From NCBI GenBank assembly GCA_963555825.3, contig CAUVXB020000002.1, positions 2,464,001-2,528,000 of the forward strand: a DNA stretch of 64,000 bases, given 5' to 3'. Both the position numbers and the translations under genes were made by a program. This document shows, piece by piece, positions 48,180 through 59,463 of this stretch (within the stretch, counting starts at the first letter, position 1; each line of letters starts with the position of its first letter). Below the pieces are notes generated by a model. It was given only the letters and a program-made list of their open reading frames with translations. It was not told the origin of the DNA and did not search any database. Origin of the DNA: Alphaproteobacteria bacterium (GTDB taxonomy: Bacteria > Pseudomonadota > Alphaproteobacteria > JAAXGF01).

Positions 48180-50089
48180 GCCGGCCGCGCCGGGGGTTGG
48201 GCCGGGTCGATCCACATGGAGAACCATTGTTCGAGCATCAAAAGCGCCCAGATGCGCGGGTGGTCGAGGTGGCGTCCGGCGACATGATCGTCGAGCAGAC
48301 GGCGCACCGCCTCGGGACGGAACAGGCCGCGTTCGATGGCGCGCGGCGAGAGCAGCGTGTCGTACGCCATCTCCTTCAGTTCATTGCGCAGCCAACGGTC
48401 GATCGGCACGCCGAAACCCATCTTCGGCCGGTCGACGACCGCGCGCGGCAGGCGCTCGGCCATGATCGATTTCAGCAGTGATTTGGTTCGCATGCCGGTC
48501 ATCTTCTGGCTTGCCGGGATGGTCGCTGCGTATGCCATCAGTTCGTGGTCGAGGAACGGCGAGCGGCCCTCGAGGCCGTGCGCCATGGTCGCGACGTCGA
48601 CCTTGACCAGCAGATCGTCGGGCAGATAGGCGTGGATGTCGGTATAGGCGGCGCGCTCGGCCGTGCAGCGCTGGCCATCCAACCACGGTGCGAGAACCGA
48701 ACCCGATCGGCAATCGAGCTGGTCGCGCATGCCGTCACCGTACAGCGCATCCTTTTGGGCGTCGCTGAAATAGGCCATCCAGTTCGCGTAGCGCTCGGCG
48801 TCGGGCGCCGCCGCGTCGACCAGGAACCGGCGGACATAACGGGCGCCGCGGCGCGCGCTGGTCTCGAAGGGAAGCGCGCGGCCGATCGCCGCCATCGCCC
48901 GGCGCGCCGCCGCGGGCAGCGCGTCGAGCCAGCCGGCGGCGCGACACCCGGCGTAGCGCGGATAGCCGAGGAAGCCCTCGTCGCCGCCGTCGCCGTTGAG
49001 CGCGACGGTGACGTGACGCCGGGTGATCTCGGAGACGTACCAGGTCGGCACGGCCGACGAATCGGCGAACGGCTCGCCGTAGTGCCAGGCGAGCTTGGGG
49101 ACGATTGCGACGGCGTCGGGCTCGACGACGAACTCGTGGTGATCGGTGCCGTAACGCTCGGCGACCATGCGGGCATAGCGCCGCTCGTCATACGCCGCGT
49201 CCTCGAAGCCGATGGTGAAGGTCTTGACCGGGCGGTCCGAGGCGCGCGCCATCGACGCGACGACCGATGCCGAATCGATGCCGCCCGACAGAAAGGCGCC
49301 GAGTGGCACGTCCGAGACCAGCCGCATACGCACCGCCTCGTCGAAGCGCTGCGTGATTGCTTCCTTCAGCTCTTCGACCGGCCGCGGCCGCGCCGTTTCC
49401 GGTTCGGGGAGCGACCAATAGCGCTCGCTGCGCGCCGCGCCGTCGCCTTCGACGACCATGTAATGGGCGGCGTCGAGCCGCGCGACGCCGGCGAAGGCGG
49501 TCATCGGCGCGGGCACATACTGCAACGTCAGGTAATGGTGGATCGCGGTCAGGTCGGGCACGCGCGGCATGCCGGGCCAAGCCAGGATCGCCTTGATCTC
49601 GGAACCGAACAGGAGCTTGCCGTCGTGCCAGGCGTAATAGAGTGGCTTCTGGCCCAACCGGTCGCGGGCGAGCAGCAGTCGACGGTGGCGCGCATCCCAC
49701 AGGACGAAGGCGAACATACCGCGTAGCCGCGCAATCACGCCCTCGCCCCATTGCTTGTATCCGTTGACGATGACCTCGGCGTCGCCGCGGCTCTTGAACC
49801 GGTGGCCCCGTTCCATCAGCTCTTCGCGCAGCTCTCGAAAATTGTAGATTTCGCCGTTATGGACGAGGTGAACGATGCCTTCCGAATCGCTCATCGGCTG
49901 GTCGGCCGCCGCGCTCAGGTCGATGATCGCGAGCCGCGCATGGCCCAGCCCGACATGCGCGTCGCGCCAGACGAAAAGACCGTCGGGGCCGCGATGACTC
50001 AAGGTCGAGATCATGCCGCGGACATCGTCGCCCAACGCCTCGCGCGCCACGATCGGCGAGGCTGACCAGACGCCGGCGATACCGCACAT
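48176..50089 (-). CDS. asnB: Asparagine synthase (glutamine-hydrolysing)-like amidotransferase, polysaccharide associated
   Basis: MCGIAG, HRGPD, NGEIYN, LSGGIDS, GDGGDE. Confidence 0.93.
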   Translation of the reverse strand: MCGIAGVWSASPIVAREALGDDVRGMISTLSHRGPDGLFVWRDAHVGLGHARLAIIDLSAAADQPMSDSEGIVHLVHNGEIYNFRELREELMERGHRFKSRGDAEVIVNGYKQWGEGVIARLRGMFAFVLWDARHRRLLLARDRLGQKPLYYAWHDGKLLFGSEIKAILAWPGMPRVPDLTAIHHYLTLQYVPAPMTAFAGVARLDAAHYMVVEGDGAARSERYWSLPEPETARPRPVEELKEAITQRFDEAVRMRLVSDVPLGAFLSGGIDSASVVASMARASDRPVKTFTIGFEDAAYDERRYARMVAERYGTDHHEFVVEPDAVAIVPKLAWHYGEPFADSSAVPTWYVSEITRRHVTVALNGDGGDEGFLGYPRYAGCRAAGWLDALPAAARRAMAAIGRALPFETSARRGARYVRRFLVDAAAPDAERYANWMAYFSDAQKDALYGDGMRDQLDCRSGSVLAPWLDGQRCTAERAAYTDIHAYLPDDLLVKVDVATMAHGLEGRSPFLDHELMAYAATIPASQKMTGMRTKSLLKSIMAERLPRAVVDRPKMGFGVPIDRWLRNELKEMAYDTLLSPRAIERGLFRPEAVRRLLDDHVAGRHLDHPRIWALLMLEQWFSMWIDPAQPPARPA

Positions 50090-50098
50090 GGCGCGTTA

Positions 50099-50378
50099 TA
50101 CCAAGGATCAGTGATAAAGGCCCATAGAGATCGCGTCCGCTTTTCGCCGGTGAGGCAAGGGAGCCGCAGGCGATGCAGCGCATCGGCTAGGCTTCTTGAC
50201 GCCTGCCGGCGATAAGCGGCCGCGACCCGGAGGGCGGCTTGCCGAGGCTCTCGCCCGCTATCAGACTGGCGGACGTCGTTCCGCCCGTCTCGCGATGCGC
50301 TGCATCGCCGCGACGGGCGCGCCTAGCCGAGAACCACGGCAAGCCGTCTCTATGGGTCTTTATCACTGATCCTTGGTA
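50099..50378. mobile_element. MITE family B, copy 2 (~280 bp)
   Basis: TIR TACCAAGGATCAGTGATAAAG / CTTTATCACTGATCCTTGGTA; lacks an ~18-bp segment present in copy 1. Confidence 0.88.
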
Positions 50379-50404
50379 TTGCCGGTTTCGCGGGGAACGG
50401 GCCG

Positions 50405-51430
50405 TCACGCCGGCGCCGCGCCGCGTGCCGGTTCCAGCCCCAGTTCGCGCGCCACGACGCTGTGAATATGGACGGCGCCGACGATCGCGCCGTCCGCATC
50501 GGTACATACCAGCTGGATGATCGCGAGCTGCTCCATCACGCGCAATGCCTCGATGGCGAGCGCATCGCCCGAAATCGCCTTGGGGCCGGTCGACATCAGG
50601 TCGGCGGCGGTGCCGCCGGCGAGACCGTCGACGGCCAAGGCCGCGCGGCGAATATCCCCGTCGTTGATAAAGCCGACGTCGGCCGCCTTCACGCCGGCCT
50701 GCCGCGGCCTGTCGCTGACGATCGCGAAGCCGAGCCCACTGTCGGTTATCGCGCCGGCGACCGCGGCGCTCGGCGTCTCGGGCGCGAGCCAGGCAAGGCG
50801 GTCGAGCGGCAGCATGACGTCCGACACCTTGCGCAGTTTCTGGCCGAGCGCGCCGCCCGGATGGTAGCGATGGAACTGTTGCGCCGAGAAGCCGCGCAGC
50901 GAGAGGCTCGCCATCATCAGCGCGTCGCACAGCGCGAGCGTGGCGGTCGACGACGAGGTCGGCGCGACGCGGCCGATGCCCGCCTCCGCCTCGACGCCGG
51001 TCTCGACGACCCAGTCGACATAATCCGCCAAGGGGCAATCCGCCCGGCGCGTGATCAGAGCGGCCGAGACGCCGAACTGCTTGATCGCGGGGATCAGCGT
51101 CACCAACTCGTCGGTGCGGCCAGAATGGCTCAGCAGGATTGCCAGCGAGGCATGCTCGGCGATGCCGATGTCGCCGTGCAGCGCGTCGGTTGGGTGCAGA
51201 AACGCGGCGCCGTGCCCGGTCGACAGCATGCTGGCGGCGAATTTGCGCCCGATGTAGCCCGACTTGCCGGCGCCGACCACCATGGTAAAGCTGTCCGGCG
51301 CGGCGAGCGCGCGGACGGTCGCCACGAAGTCGTCACCCAGCCGTGCCGCCGCGCCCTCGAGATGCGCCGCGCCCTCGCGTAGCACCTCCGCGCCGGCGGC
51401 GATGATCTGCTGATCGGCCGATTGGTTCAT
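50405..51430 (-). CDS. KpsF/GutQ family arabinose-5-phosphate isomerase (SIS + CBS)
   Basis: GAGKSGYIGRK, ALHGDIG, APTSSST, HPGGALG. Confidence 0.92.
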   Translation of the reverse strand: MNQSADQQIIAAGAEVLREGAAHLEGAAARLGDDFVATVRALAAPDSFTMVVGAGKSGYIGRKFAASMLSTGHGAAFLHPTDALHGDIGIAEHASLAILLSHSGRTDELVTLIPAIKQFGVSAALITRRADCPLADYVDWVVETGVEAEAGIGRVAPTSSSTATLALCDALMMASLSLRGFSAQQFHRYHPGGALGQKLRKVSDVMLPLDRLAWLAPETPSAAVAGAITDSGLGFAIVSDRPRQAGVKAADVGFINDGDIRRAALAVDGLAGGTAADLMSTGPKAISGDALAIEALRVMEQLAIIQLVCTDADGAIVGAVHIHSVVARELGLEPARGAAPA

Positions 51431-51614
51431 GGTGGCGGGCCCCGCGCAACGGTTCGACATCGATTATGGCCTCGGCGTCATCGGCCGATGCGTGGCAAAG
51501 ATACAGGAACGGCGGGCGCTTCTGAACCTTTCTGTGGCGCGGACGGCGGATTGGCGGCGATCCCGGCGCACTGCCTCTTGTGGTATTGCCTCGCTGCGAT
51601 CAAAATGGCCGCCG

Positions 51615-53528
51615 ATGGCTAAAATCCGGCTCAACCGACGGCTGATCGCGGTGATCCACGACCTGATCATGGCCGCGGTATCGTTCGTCCTGGCGCTCTA
51701 TCTGCGGCTCGGCGACGCGACGTTCGCCTTCACCTCGGATTTCGTTGTCGAGGCGACAGTCTTGTTCACCCTGGTCTGCGGCGCGGTGTTCTGGCGCGTC
51801 GGCTTTCATCGGTCGCTGTGGCGCTACGCCTCGTTGGACGACCTCTTGGCGCTGATCAAGGGCGTCACGCTGGCCCTGTTGATCTTCCTGCCGCTGCTGT
51901 TCCTCGCCACGCGTCTCGAGCTCTATCCGCGTTCGGCGGTGGTCATCAACTGGTTCGTGCTGATCGCGCTGTTGGGCGGGCCGCGCTTCGTCTATCGCAT
52001 GATCAAGGACCGCGGCATCAGCCTGGCGTTGAAGCCGGCGAGCCTGCAGCGCATTCCGGTGCTGCTGGTCGGCGCCGGCGACGCGGCCGAGTTGTTCATC
52101 CGCGAGATGGCGCGCAGCGCCGCGACGGCGGACTATGAGGTGGTCGGCGTCGTCGACGATCGGCCCGAGCTGGCCGGCGTACGGATCCGCGGCGTCGCCG
52201 TGCTCGGCACGCTCGACGAACTCGACGCGGTGGTCGACAAGCTCGGTCGCCGTGGCCGCAAGCCGCAGCGCCTGATCCTCGCCGAACGAACCGACGGCGA
52301 GACCGTGCGGCGCCTGTTGGACGCGGCCGATGGCCTCGGCATGACGCTCGCCCGGCTGCCCCGGCTGACCAACTTCGAGAGCGGCGACGACAAACCGATC
52401 ACGGTGCGGCCGATTGCCGTCGAGGACTTGCTCGGCCGGCCACAGACCGTGCTCGACCGCGAAGCCATGCGCGCGCTGATCGCTGGAAAGCGCATCCTGG
52501 TGACCGGCGCGGGCGGCACTATCGGCGCCGAGCTGGTGCGTCAGGCGGCGGCCTTTGGCCCGGCGCATATCACGCTGTTCGACAACGCCGAGTTCAACCT
52601 CTACACGATCGACAGCGCGCTCGCCGCGCAATGGCCCGAGACACCGCGCAGCGCGATGCTCGGCGACGTCGGCGACCGCACGCGCATCGATGCGGTGTTC
52701 GCGCGCGAGCGCCCCGAGTTGGTGTTCCACGCCGCCGCCTTCAAGCACGTGCCGATGGTCGAGGCCAATCCCAACGAGGGCGTGCTGACCAACGTCGTCG
52801 GCACGCGCCATGTGGCCGACGCTTGCCGCGCCGCGGCGGTCGAGGCGATGGTGCTGATCTCGACCGACAAGGCGGTCGAGCCGTCCAGCGTGATGGGCGC
52901 GACCAAGCGTATCGCCGAGCTCTATTGCCAGGCGCTCGGCGCGACGCTCGGGCCCGGCGGCACGCGCTTCATCACCGTGCGCTTCGGCAACGTGCTCGGC
53001 TCGACCGGTTCGGTCGTGCCGCTGTTCCAACGCCAGCTCGCCGACGGCGGCCCACTGACCGTCACGCATCCCGACATGACGCGCTTCTTCATGACCGTGC
53101 GCGAGGCGGTCGAGCTGGTCCTGCAGGCCTCGGCGATCGGCGGCGGCGCGGCCGCGCGCGGTGGCGAGATTTTCGTCCTCGAGATGGGACAGCCGGTGCG
53201 CATCGTCGACCTCGCGCGGCAGATGATCCGGCTCGCCGGCCTGCGCCCCGACGAGGACATCGAGATCGTGTTTTCGGATATCCGTCCCGGCGAGAAGCTG
53301 CACGAGAGCCTGTTCTACGCCACCGAGCAGCGCCTTGCGACCGAACACGACGGCGTGCTGCTCGCCACCTCGCCGCCGGCCGACCTCGCCCGGCTACAAC
53401 GTCAGTTGACCGAGTTGGCGACCGCGGCCGAGGCGCGGCGCACGACCGAGACGCTGGCGCTGATCCACCGCCTGGTCGCCGACTATGGCCCGGCCGAATC
53501 CGGCCAGCGCGCCAGGGCCCGGGCCTGA
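51615..53528 (+). CDS. CapD/PglF-like nucleoside-diphosphate sugar epimerase/dehydratase
   Basis: N-terminal TMs, [38 protein letters not shown]. Confidence 0.93.
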   Translation: MAKIRLNRRLIAVIHDLIMAAVSFVLALYLRLGDATFAFTSDFVVEATVLFTLVCGAVFWRVGFHRSLWRYASLDDLLALIKGVTLALLIFLPLLFLATRLELYPRSAVVINWFVLIALLGGPRFVYRMIKDRGISLALKPASLQRIPVLLVGAGDAAELFIREMARSAATADYEVVGVVDDRPELAGVRIRGVAVLGTLDELDAVVDKLGRRGRKPQRLILAERTDGETVRRLLDAADGLGMTLARLPRLTNFESGDDKPITVRPIAVEDLLGRPQTVLDREAMRALIAGKRILVTGAGGTIGAELVRQAAAFGPAHITLFDNAEFNLYTIDSALAAQWPETPRSAMLGDVGDRTRIDAVFARERPELVFHAAAFKHVPMVEANPNEGVLTNVVGTRHVADACRAAAVEAMVLISTDKAVEPSSVMGATKRIAELYCQALGATLGPGGTRFITVRFGNVLGSTGSVVPLFQRQLADGGPLTVTHPDMTRFFMTVREAVELVLQASAIGGGAAARGGEIFVLEMGQPVRIVDLARQMIRLAGLRPDEDIEIVFSDIRPGEKLHESLFYATEQRLATEHDGVLLATSPPADLARLQRQLTELATAAEARRTTETLALIHRLVADYGPAESGQRARARA

Positions 53529-53535
53529 GCCGGCG

Positions 53536-55122
53536 ATGACCGACGCGCCGCCGACGCCGATCACCCGCGCCCTCCTGTCGGTGTCCGACAAGACGGGTCT
53601 GGCCGAATTTGGCGCCTTTCTCGCCGGCCACGGCGTCGAGATCCTGTCGACCGGCGGCACGGCGCAAGCGCTGCGCGACGCCGGCATCACGGTCGTCGAC
53701 GTCGCCGAGCACACCGGCTTTCCCGAAATGATGGGCGGTCGCGTCAAGACGCTGCACCCGATGGTCCATGGCGGCATCCTCGCGCTGCGCGACGACGCCG
53801 GGCACCGCGCCGCGATGGACGCCCACGGCATCGCGCCGATCGACCTGGTCGTGGTCAACCTGTACCCCTTCGAGGCGGCGCTAGCGCGCGACGCCGATTT
53901 CGCCACCTGCATCGAGAATATCGACATCGGCGGCCCGGCGATGATCCGCTCGGCAGCCAAGAACCACGCCCATGTCACCGTCGTCGTCGATGCCGCCGAT
54001 TACGCCGCGGTGATGGCCGACATGGCGGCGGGCGGCGGCGGCGTGAGCGGTGCGCTACGCCGTCGGCTGGCCGCTGCGGCTTACGCCCGCACGGCGGCCT
54101 ACGACGCGGCGATCACGCGCTGGCTGGCCGCCGAGACGGGTGAGGCGCTGCCCGAGCGCCTGGCTGTCTCGGCCGTGCGCCGCCAGGCCTTGCGCTATGG
54201 CGAGAACCCGCACCAAGAGGCGGCGTTCTACGTCGGCGGCGACGCGCGGCCCGGCGTGGCGACCGCCGAGCAGGCGCAGGGCAAGGCGCTCAGCTACAAC
54301 AACCTCAACGACACCGACGCCGCCTTCGAGCTGGTCGCCGAGTTCGAGCCCCCGGCGATCGCCATCATCAAGCACGCCAACCCTTGCGGCGTCGCGGTCG
54401 CGGGCTCGCTCGCCGAGGCCTACGCCAAGGCGCTGGCCTGCGACCCGGTCAGCGCGTTCGGCGGCATCGTCGCGGCCAACCGGCCGCTCGACGGCGCGAC
54501 GGCGGCCGAGATCGCCATGCTGTTCGTCGAGGTGGTCATCGCGCCCGACGCCGACGCGGACGCGCGCGAAGCGCTCGCCGCCAAGCGGAACCTGCGGCTG
54601 CTCCTGACCGGCGCGATGCCCGATGCGGCGGCCGGCGGCCTGGTGCCGCGCGCATTGGCCGGCGGCTATCTGGTGCAGACCCGCGACAACGGGCGTATCG
54701 CGCCCGAGGACCTGAAGGTCGTCACCGAGCGCGCGCCGAGCGAGACAGAGCGCGCCGACCTCGTCTTCGCCTTCACGGTCGCCAAGCACGTCAAGTCGAA
54801 CGCCATCGTCTACGCCAAAGGCGGCGCGACGGTCGGTGTCGGCGCCGGGCAAATGAGCCGCGTCGATGCCTCGCGCATGGCCGCCTGGAAGGCGGCCGAC
54901 GCGGCCCGGGCGGCGGGCGCGGCCGAGAGCCCGGCGATCGGCTCGGTAGTCGCCTCGGACGCCTTTTTCCCGTTTGCCGACGGCCTCATGGCGGCGGCCG
55001 AGGCGGGCGCCACGGCAATCATCCAGCCGGGCGGCTCGATGCGCGACGACGAGGTCATCGCCGCCGCCGACGCCGCCGGCCTTGCCATGGTGTTCACCGG
55101 CATGCGCCACTTCCGGCATTAG
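53536..55122 (+). CDS. purH: Bifunctional AICAR transformylase/IMP cyclohydrolase
   Basis: [42 protein letters not shown]. Confidence 0.98.
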   Translation: MTDAPPTPITRALLSVSDKTGLAEFGAFLAGHGVEILSTGGTAQALRDAGITVVDVAEHTGFPEMMGGRVKTLHPMVHGGILALRDDAGHRAAMDAHGIAPIDLVVVNLYPFEAALARDADFATCIENIDIGGPAMIRSAAKNHAHVTVVVDAADYAAVMADMAAGGGGVSGALRRRLAAAAYARTAAYDAAITRWLAAETGEALPERLAVSAVRRQALRYGENPHQEAAFYVGGDARPGVATAEQAQGKALSYNNLNDTDAAFELVAEFEPPAIAIIKHANPCGVAVAGSLAEAYAKALACDPVSAFGGIVAANRPLDGATAAEIAMLFVEVVIAPDADADAREALAAKRNLRLLLTGAMPDAAAGGLVPRALAGGYLVQTRDNGRIAPEDLKVVTERAPSETERADLVFAFTVAKHVKSNAIVYAKGGATVGVGAGQMSRVDASRMAAWKAADAARAAGAAESPAIGSVVASDAFFPFADGLMAAAEAGATAIIQPGGSMRDDEVIAAADAAGLAMVFTGMRHFRH

Positions 55123-55268
55123 AGCGGATTTCTCGCCGTCGATAGGCGCGTCCGCTTATCGCCAGGTGTCGGGAAGCCTAAACGATGCGCCGCATTGCCC
55201 GCGGCATCCTTCCGACCCGGCGAAATGCGGACACGATCCCTATCGGCGTTTGTCACAGACCCCCGGTC

Positions 55269-56201
55269 TTAGATCGCTTCGGCGGGCGCCAGACGTTGGC
55301 GCGCGGCGGCGATCGCGGCGGCGTCAGGCAGGCTCGGTTGGGCACCGACCGTCGCGCAGGCGAGCGCGCCGGCGATGCTGGCGGCGTGCAGCGCGGCGGG
55401 CAACGCGTCACCCCGATCGAGCGCGCCGGCGAACACGCCGACGAAGGCGTCGCCGGCCGCCGTGGTGTCGACCGGCTCGATCGCCATCGCGCCGATACGC
55501 CAGGCCGCGCCGCGGTCGAAGGCGCGCGCGCCATCGCCGCCCAGGGTGACGATGGTCGCGACCTCCCACGACTCGGCCAGGCGCCGGGCGGCGTCGACCG
55601 GGCCTCGATGGGCAATCCCCGCCGCGTCGGCCAGCATCGGCGCCTCGATCTCGTTCACCACCAGCACGTCGAGCGCCTCGGCCATGCCGGTGGGCAGCGG
55701 CGCGGCGGGCGCCGCATTGAGCACCACGCGAGCGCCCCGCGCCCGGGCGCGCGCCGCGACCGCCGCGGTCTCGGCGTCATCGACCTCGAGCTGCAGCAGG
55801 AGCGTGGCGCCGGGCCCGAGCAACGTGTCGTCGAGCTGGCCGGCCTTGGCGAAGCGGTTGGCGCCGCTGGCGACGGCGATCTGGTTGCGGCCTTGCGTGT
55901 CGACCGTGATCATCGCGCAGGCGGTCGGCGCGTCGACCTCGACGACCCCGGTCAGATCGACGCCCGCCTCGCGCATCGTCGCCAACGCGGTATCGGCATA
56001 GCCATCGCGGCCGACGCAGCCGACCATATGGGTCACGGCGCCGACGCGCGCGGCGGCGAGCGCCTGGTTGGCGCCCTTGCCGCCGGGCACCGCGACATAG
56101 CTCGGCGCGAGCACGGTCTCGCCCGGCCGGGGCAGCGTGTCGACCCGCACCACGAGGTCGATGTTGATCGAGCCGAAGACGACGAGCCGGGACATGTTCA
56201 T
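55269..56201 (-). CDS. rbsK: Ribokinase
   Basis: GSINID, GGKGANQA, DTTAAGDAF. Confidence 0.9.
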   Translation of the reverse strand: MNMSRLVVFGSINIDLVVRVDTLPRPGETVLAPSYVAVPGGKGANQALAAARVGAVTHMVGCVGRDGYADTALATMREAGVDLTGVVEVDAPTACAMITVDTQGRNQIAVASGANRFAKAGQLDDTLLGPGATLLLQLEVDDAETAAVAARARARGARVVLNAAPAAPLPTGMAEALDVLVVNEIEAPMLADAAGIAHRGPVDAARRLAESWEVATIVTLGGDGARAFDRGAAWRIGAMAIEPVDTTAAGDAFVGVFAGALDRGDALPAALHAASIAGALACATVGAQPSLPDAAAIAAARQRLAPAEAI

Positions 56202-56264
56202 GCCCTAGCCCGTCGTGCCCGGGAATGGAAGCGATTTCCCGTGTGGCTCCCGTCCGCCAGGCTC

Positions 56265-57299
56265 CTAAGCGGCCCAGGGCAGCAGCACGAGGTTGCCGGA
56301 GACCTGGTTGGCCGCAACGAGACGGTGCGCCTCGGCGGCCTGGCTGAGCGGCAGGGCGTGGTCGAGCAGCGGTCGGATCGCGCCGGCCTTGACCCGTTCG
56401 AGGCCCCATTCGAGGTCTTCGATATCGCTCGCCATCGTGCCCTTGAGCCGCTTCTGGGCGAAGAACAGGCTGCGGATGTCGAAGCGGACTTCCGCCCCGG
56501 CGGCGAAGCCGAAAGCGACGACGACGCCCATCGCCTTGACCGCCTCGATGCTCTGGGCCAGCACGTCGCCGCCCAGATTGTCGATGACCACGTCGGCGCC
56601 CCGGCCGCCGGTCCACGCCTTGACGCGGTCGACGACGTCCTCGGTGCGGGTGTCGACGACGAGATCCGCGCCCGCCTCTCTCGCGAAATCGGCCTTGGCG
56701 TCATCGCGAACCGTCGTGGCGACCTCGGCGCCGAGCGCCTTGGCGACCTGGATCAGCATTGAACCAGAACCCGAGGCCCCGGCGTGCACCAACACCTTGT
56801 CGCCGGCCACGACACCGCCGACCGTCTTGACGGCATGGACGGCGGTCGCCAACACCACCGGGAGCGTCGCCGCCTGTTCGGGCGCGAGGCCCGTCTCGTC
56901 CTTGACCGCGGCACGGGCGGGCACCTCGATGTACTGGGCATAGGTGCCACCGACGGCCAAACCGGGCAGCACGAAGCTCGGCGCGGTGACGGTCGGGCGG
57001 TGGTCGATCTCGGCGTCATCGGTCGGGTAACCGGGGACGACGATCACCCGCTCGCCGATCGCGAATTCGGTGACGCCCGCGCCCAGCTCGGCGACCTCGC
57101 CGGCGGCGTCGATGCCGAGGATGTGCGGGAAGGCAAGCTCGGGGACGATCGAGCCTTCGCGGATGTAATGGTCGAGCCGGTTGACGCCGGCGGCGAGCAC
57201 CTTGACCAGCACATGGCCGGGCCTCGGCTTGGGCGTCGGGACGTCTTCGAGCTTGAGCACGGCGGCATCGCCGAATTCGCGGATGACGGCTGCTTTCAT
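56265..57299 (-). CDS. MDR-family (zinc-binding/quinone oxidoreductase-like) dehydrogenase
   Basis: MKAAVIREFG, PHILGIDAAG, VLVHAGASGSG. Confidence 0.9.
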   Translation of the reverse strand: MKAAVIREFGDAAVLKLEDVPTPKPRPGHVLVKVLAAGVNRLDHYIREGSIVPELAFPHILGIDAAGEVAELGAGVTEFAIGERVIVVPGYPTDDAEIDHRPTVTAPSFVLPGLAVGGTYAQYIEVPARAAVKDETGLAPEQAATLPVVLATAVHAVKTVGGVVAGDKVLVHAGASGSGSMLIQVAKALGAEVATTVRDDAKADFAREAGADLVVDTRTEDVVDRVKAWTGGRGADVVIDNLGGDVLAQSIEAVKAMGVVVAFGFAAGAEVRFDIRSLFFAQKRLKGTMASDIEDLEWGLERVKAGAIRPLLDHALPLSQAAEAHRLVAANQVSGNLVLLPWAA

Positions 57300-57325
57300 C
57301 GTCTGTCTCCCGTTTGAATGTTGGG

Positions 57326-58027
57326 TCAGGCGGCCAGCGTCTCGGCGCCTTGGCCGAGCAGGACCGCCTTCGAGTCCTCGGTGACTGTCGGCGTGGTGCT
57401 GATCGCCCTGCCCTTGGCATAGGCAGCGATCGTCGCCGGGCGATTGCCGATCGCCTCGAACCAGCGCCCGAGATTGGCGAACCGGCCGAGGTGGTCGCGC
57501 TCGCGCTGGAGCCGCAGGAGCCACGGATAGATCGCCATGTCGGCGATCGTGTAGTCGTCGCCCGCGACATAGGCGCGGTCGGCGAGGCGTTTGTCGAGCA
57601 CGGCGTAAAGCCGCTCGGTCTCGGCGACGTAACGCTCGATAGCATAGCGGATGCGCGTCGGCGCATAGGCGCTGAAATGCAGGTTCTGGCCGAGCATCGG
57701 GCCGAGCCCGCCGATCTGCCAGAAGAGCCACTGCAGCACCTCGGCGCGGCCCGCCGGGTCGTCGGCGATGAAGCGGCCGGTCTTGTCGGCGAGATAGAGC
57801 AGGATGGCGCCCGATTCGAACAGCGAGAGCGGCGCGCCATCGCCGTCTGGCGCGTTGTCGACGATCGCGGGGATGCGGTTGTTCGGGCCGATGCGCAGGA
57901 AGTCGGGGTCGAACTGGGCGCCCTTCGAGATGTCGACCGGCATGATGTTGTACGGCAGCCCGCTTTCCTCGAGGAAAAGCAAAGGCTTGTAGCCGTTCGG
58001 CGTGGTCCAGAAGTAGACGTCGATCAT
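57326..58027 (-). CDS. Glutathione S-transferase (YfcG/YghU-like)
   Basis: WTTPNG, PNNRIPAIVD, FESGAILLYLA, YTIADMA. Confidence 0.93.
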   Translation of the reverse strand: MIDVYFWTTPNGYKPLLFLEESGLPYNIMPVDISKGAQFDPDFLRIGPNNRIPAIVDNAPDGDGAPLSLFESGAILLYLADKTGRFIADDPAGRAEVLQWLFWQIGGLGPMLGQNLHFSAYAPTRIRYAIERYVAETERLYAVLDKRLADRAYVAGDDYTIADMAIYPWLLRLQRERDHLGRFANLGRWFEAIGNRPATIAAYAKGRAISTTPTVTEDSKAVLLGQGAETLAA

Positions 58028-58144
58028 ATCGGGCTCTCCAGATGCGTTCGGTCGCGTGCCCACCATGTAGGCATCGATTGGCTTTGTGATAATTACGATA
58101 AAATGATAAATATTTATGTGAAAACTGCATCAATCCGAGATCGC
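58028..58144. promoter_or_regulatory. Divergent LysR/GST promoter region
   Basis: AT-rich intergenic segment between divergently transcribed LysR and GST genes, the standard LTTR arrangement. Confidence 0.55.
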
Positions 58145-59059
58145 ATGGACGACATTGCCGGCATGCGGGTGTTCGCACGGGTCGTCGACGCGGGCAGCTT
58201 TTCGGCCGCCGGGCGCGAGATCGGCATGTCGCCGTCGGCGGTGTCGCGCCGCATCGGCGAGCTCGAGAATGGCCTCGGCGCGCGGCTGTTCCAGCGCACG
58301 ACGCGCAAGCTCAGCCTGACCGAGGCCGGCAGCGTCTACGACCAATGCGTGCGCGCGATCCTCGCCGACGTCGACGCCGCCAAGCGCGCCGTCGCCGAGC
58401 TCGGCGGCGCACCGACCGGCGTCTTGCGGCTTTCGGTGCCGTCGAGCCTCGCGCGGCGTCACGTCGCCCCGGCGCTCGCCGACTTCCACCAGCGATTCCC
58501 GGCGGTCGAGATCGTGCTGTCGGTAACCGACCGCGTGGTCGATATGATCGACGAGGGCTTGGACATGGCGATCCGCATCGGCCGGCTGAGCGACTCGGGG
58601 CTGATCGCGCGAAAGATCGGATCGGCGCGGCGCATCGTTTGCGCCAGCCCGGCCTATCTGGCGCAGGCGGGCGTTCCGCAGACGCCGGCTGCGTTGGAGG
58701 GCCATAGCTGCGTCACCTTCCGCAGCCATCCCGGCAGCAACGTCTGGGCCTTCCGCGGCCCCGACGGCGAGCACCTGGCGCGCGTCACGGGCCGCATCTT
58801 CGCCAACGACGGCGAGGCGCTATCAGCCGCCGCCGTCGCCGGGCTGGGCATCGTTCTGCTGCCCGAATGGATGGTCGGCCTCGAATTGCGGGCCGGCCAG
58901 TTGCGCGAAATCCTGCCGGGTTTCCGGCCCGAGCCCGACACCACCCCGCTGCATGCCGTCTATCCGCACCAGCGGCACCTGCCGCCCAAGGTGCGCGTGA
59001 TGGTCGACTTCCTGGTCGAACGCTTCGCCGCCCACTATGCGTGGGATACGGCGCCGTAG
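58145..59059 (+). CDS. LysR family transcriptional regulator (CrgA-like)
   Basis: FARVVDAGSFSAAGR..SAVSRRI..LFQRTTRKLSLTEAG. Confidence 0.96.
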   Translation: MDDIAGMRVFARVVDAGSFSAAGREIGMSPSAVSRRIGELENGLGARLFQRTTRKLSLTEAGSVYDQCVRAILADVDAAKRAVAELGGAPTGVLRLSVPSSLARRHVAPALADFHQRFPAVEIVLSVTDRVVDMIDEGLDMAIRIGRLSDSGLIARKIGSARRIVCASPAYLAQAGVPQTPAALEGHSCVTFRSHPGSNVWAFRGPDGEHLARVTGRIFANDGEALSAAAVAGLGIVLLPEWMVGLELRAGQLREILPGFRPEPDTTPLHAVYPHQRHLPPKVRVMVDFLVERFAAHYAWDTAP

Positions 59060-59073
59060 CGGGGTCGACCGCG

Positions 59074-59463
59074 CTATCTGGCGCCCTTCGAGGCGCCGCG
59101 CGACAGCTCGGTGGTAATCGAGATCATCGCCGATCCACTCCTGTTGGTCACCCGCGTCCAGCGGTCGCCGAAGATCTCGGTGAGCGTGACGCTGTCGCCC
59201 GCCGCGACGGTGACGCTGCCGCTGTAGTTCCAGCTCTCGATGGCGACTTCGGCCGCGCCCAGCCCGCGATTGAAGATCGTCATCTTGGCGTAGTCGTTGC
59301 CCCTGGCGGTGCGCACCGAGACGGTCTCGCCGGGGCCGGCCTCGCTCGGCCCGCTCATCGTGCTGAACCCGGCGCGCGCGGGCGCTCCCGCAAGGATCGC
59401 AAGAGGCGCCCAAGCGAGCGTCGCAAGGATGTGCCGCCGCGTGGACTGTGGCAACGCTGTCAT
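59074..59463 (-). CDS. Small hypothetical protein with Tat-like signal peptide
   Basis: STRRHILATLAWAPLAILAGAPARA followed by a beta-rich domain; RBS GGAGG upstream. Confidence 0.65.
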   Translation of the reverse strand: MTALPQSTRRHILATLAWAPLAILAGAPARAGFSTMSGPSEAGPGETVSVRTARGNDYAKMTIFNRGLGAAEVAIESWNYSGSVTVAAGDSVTLTEIFGDRWTRVTNRSGSAMISITTELSRGASKGAR

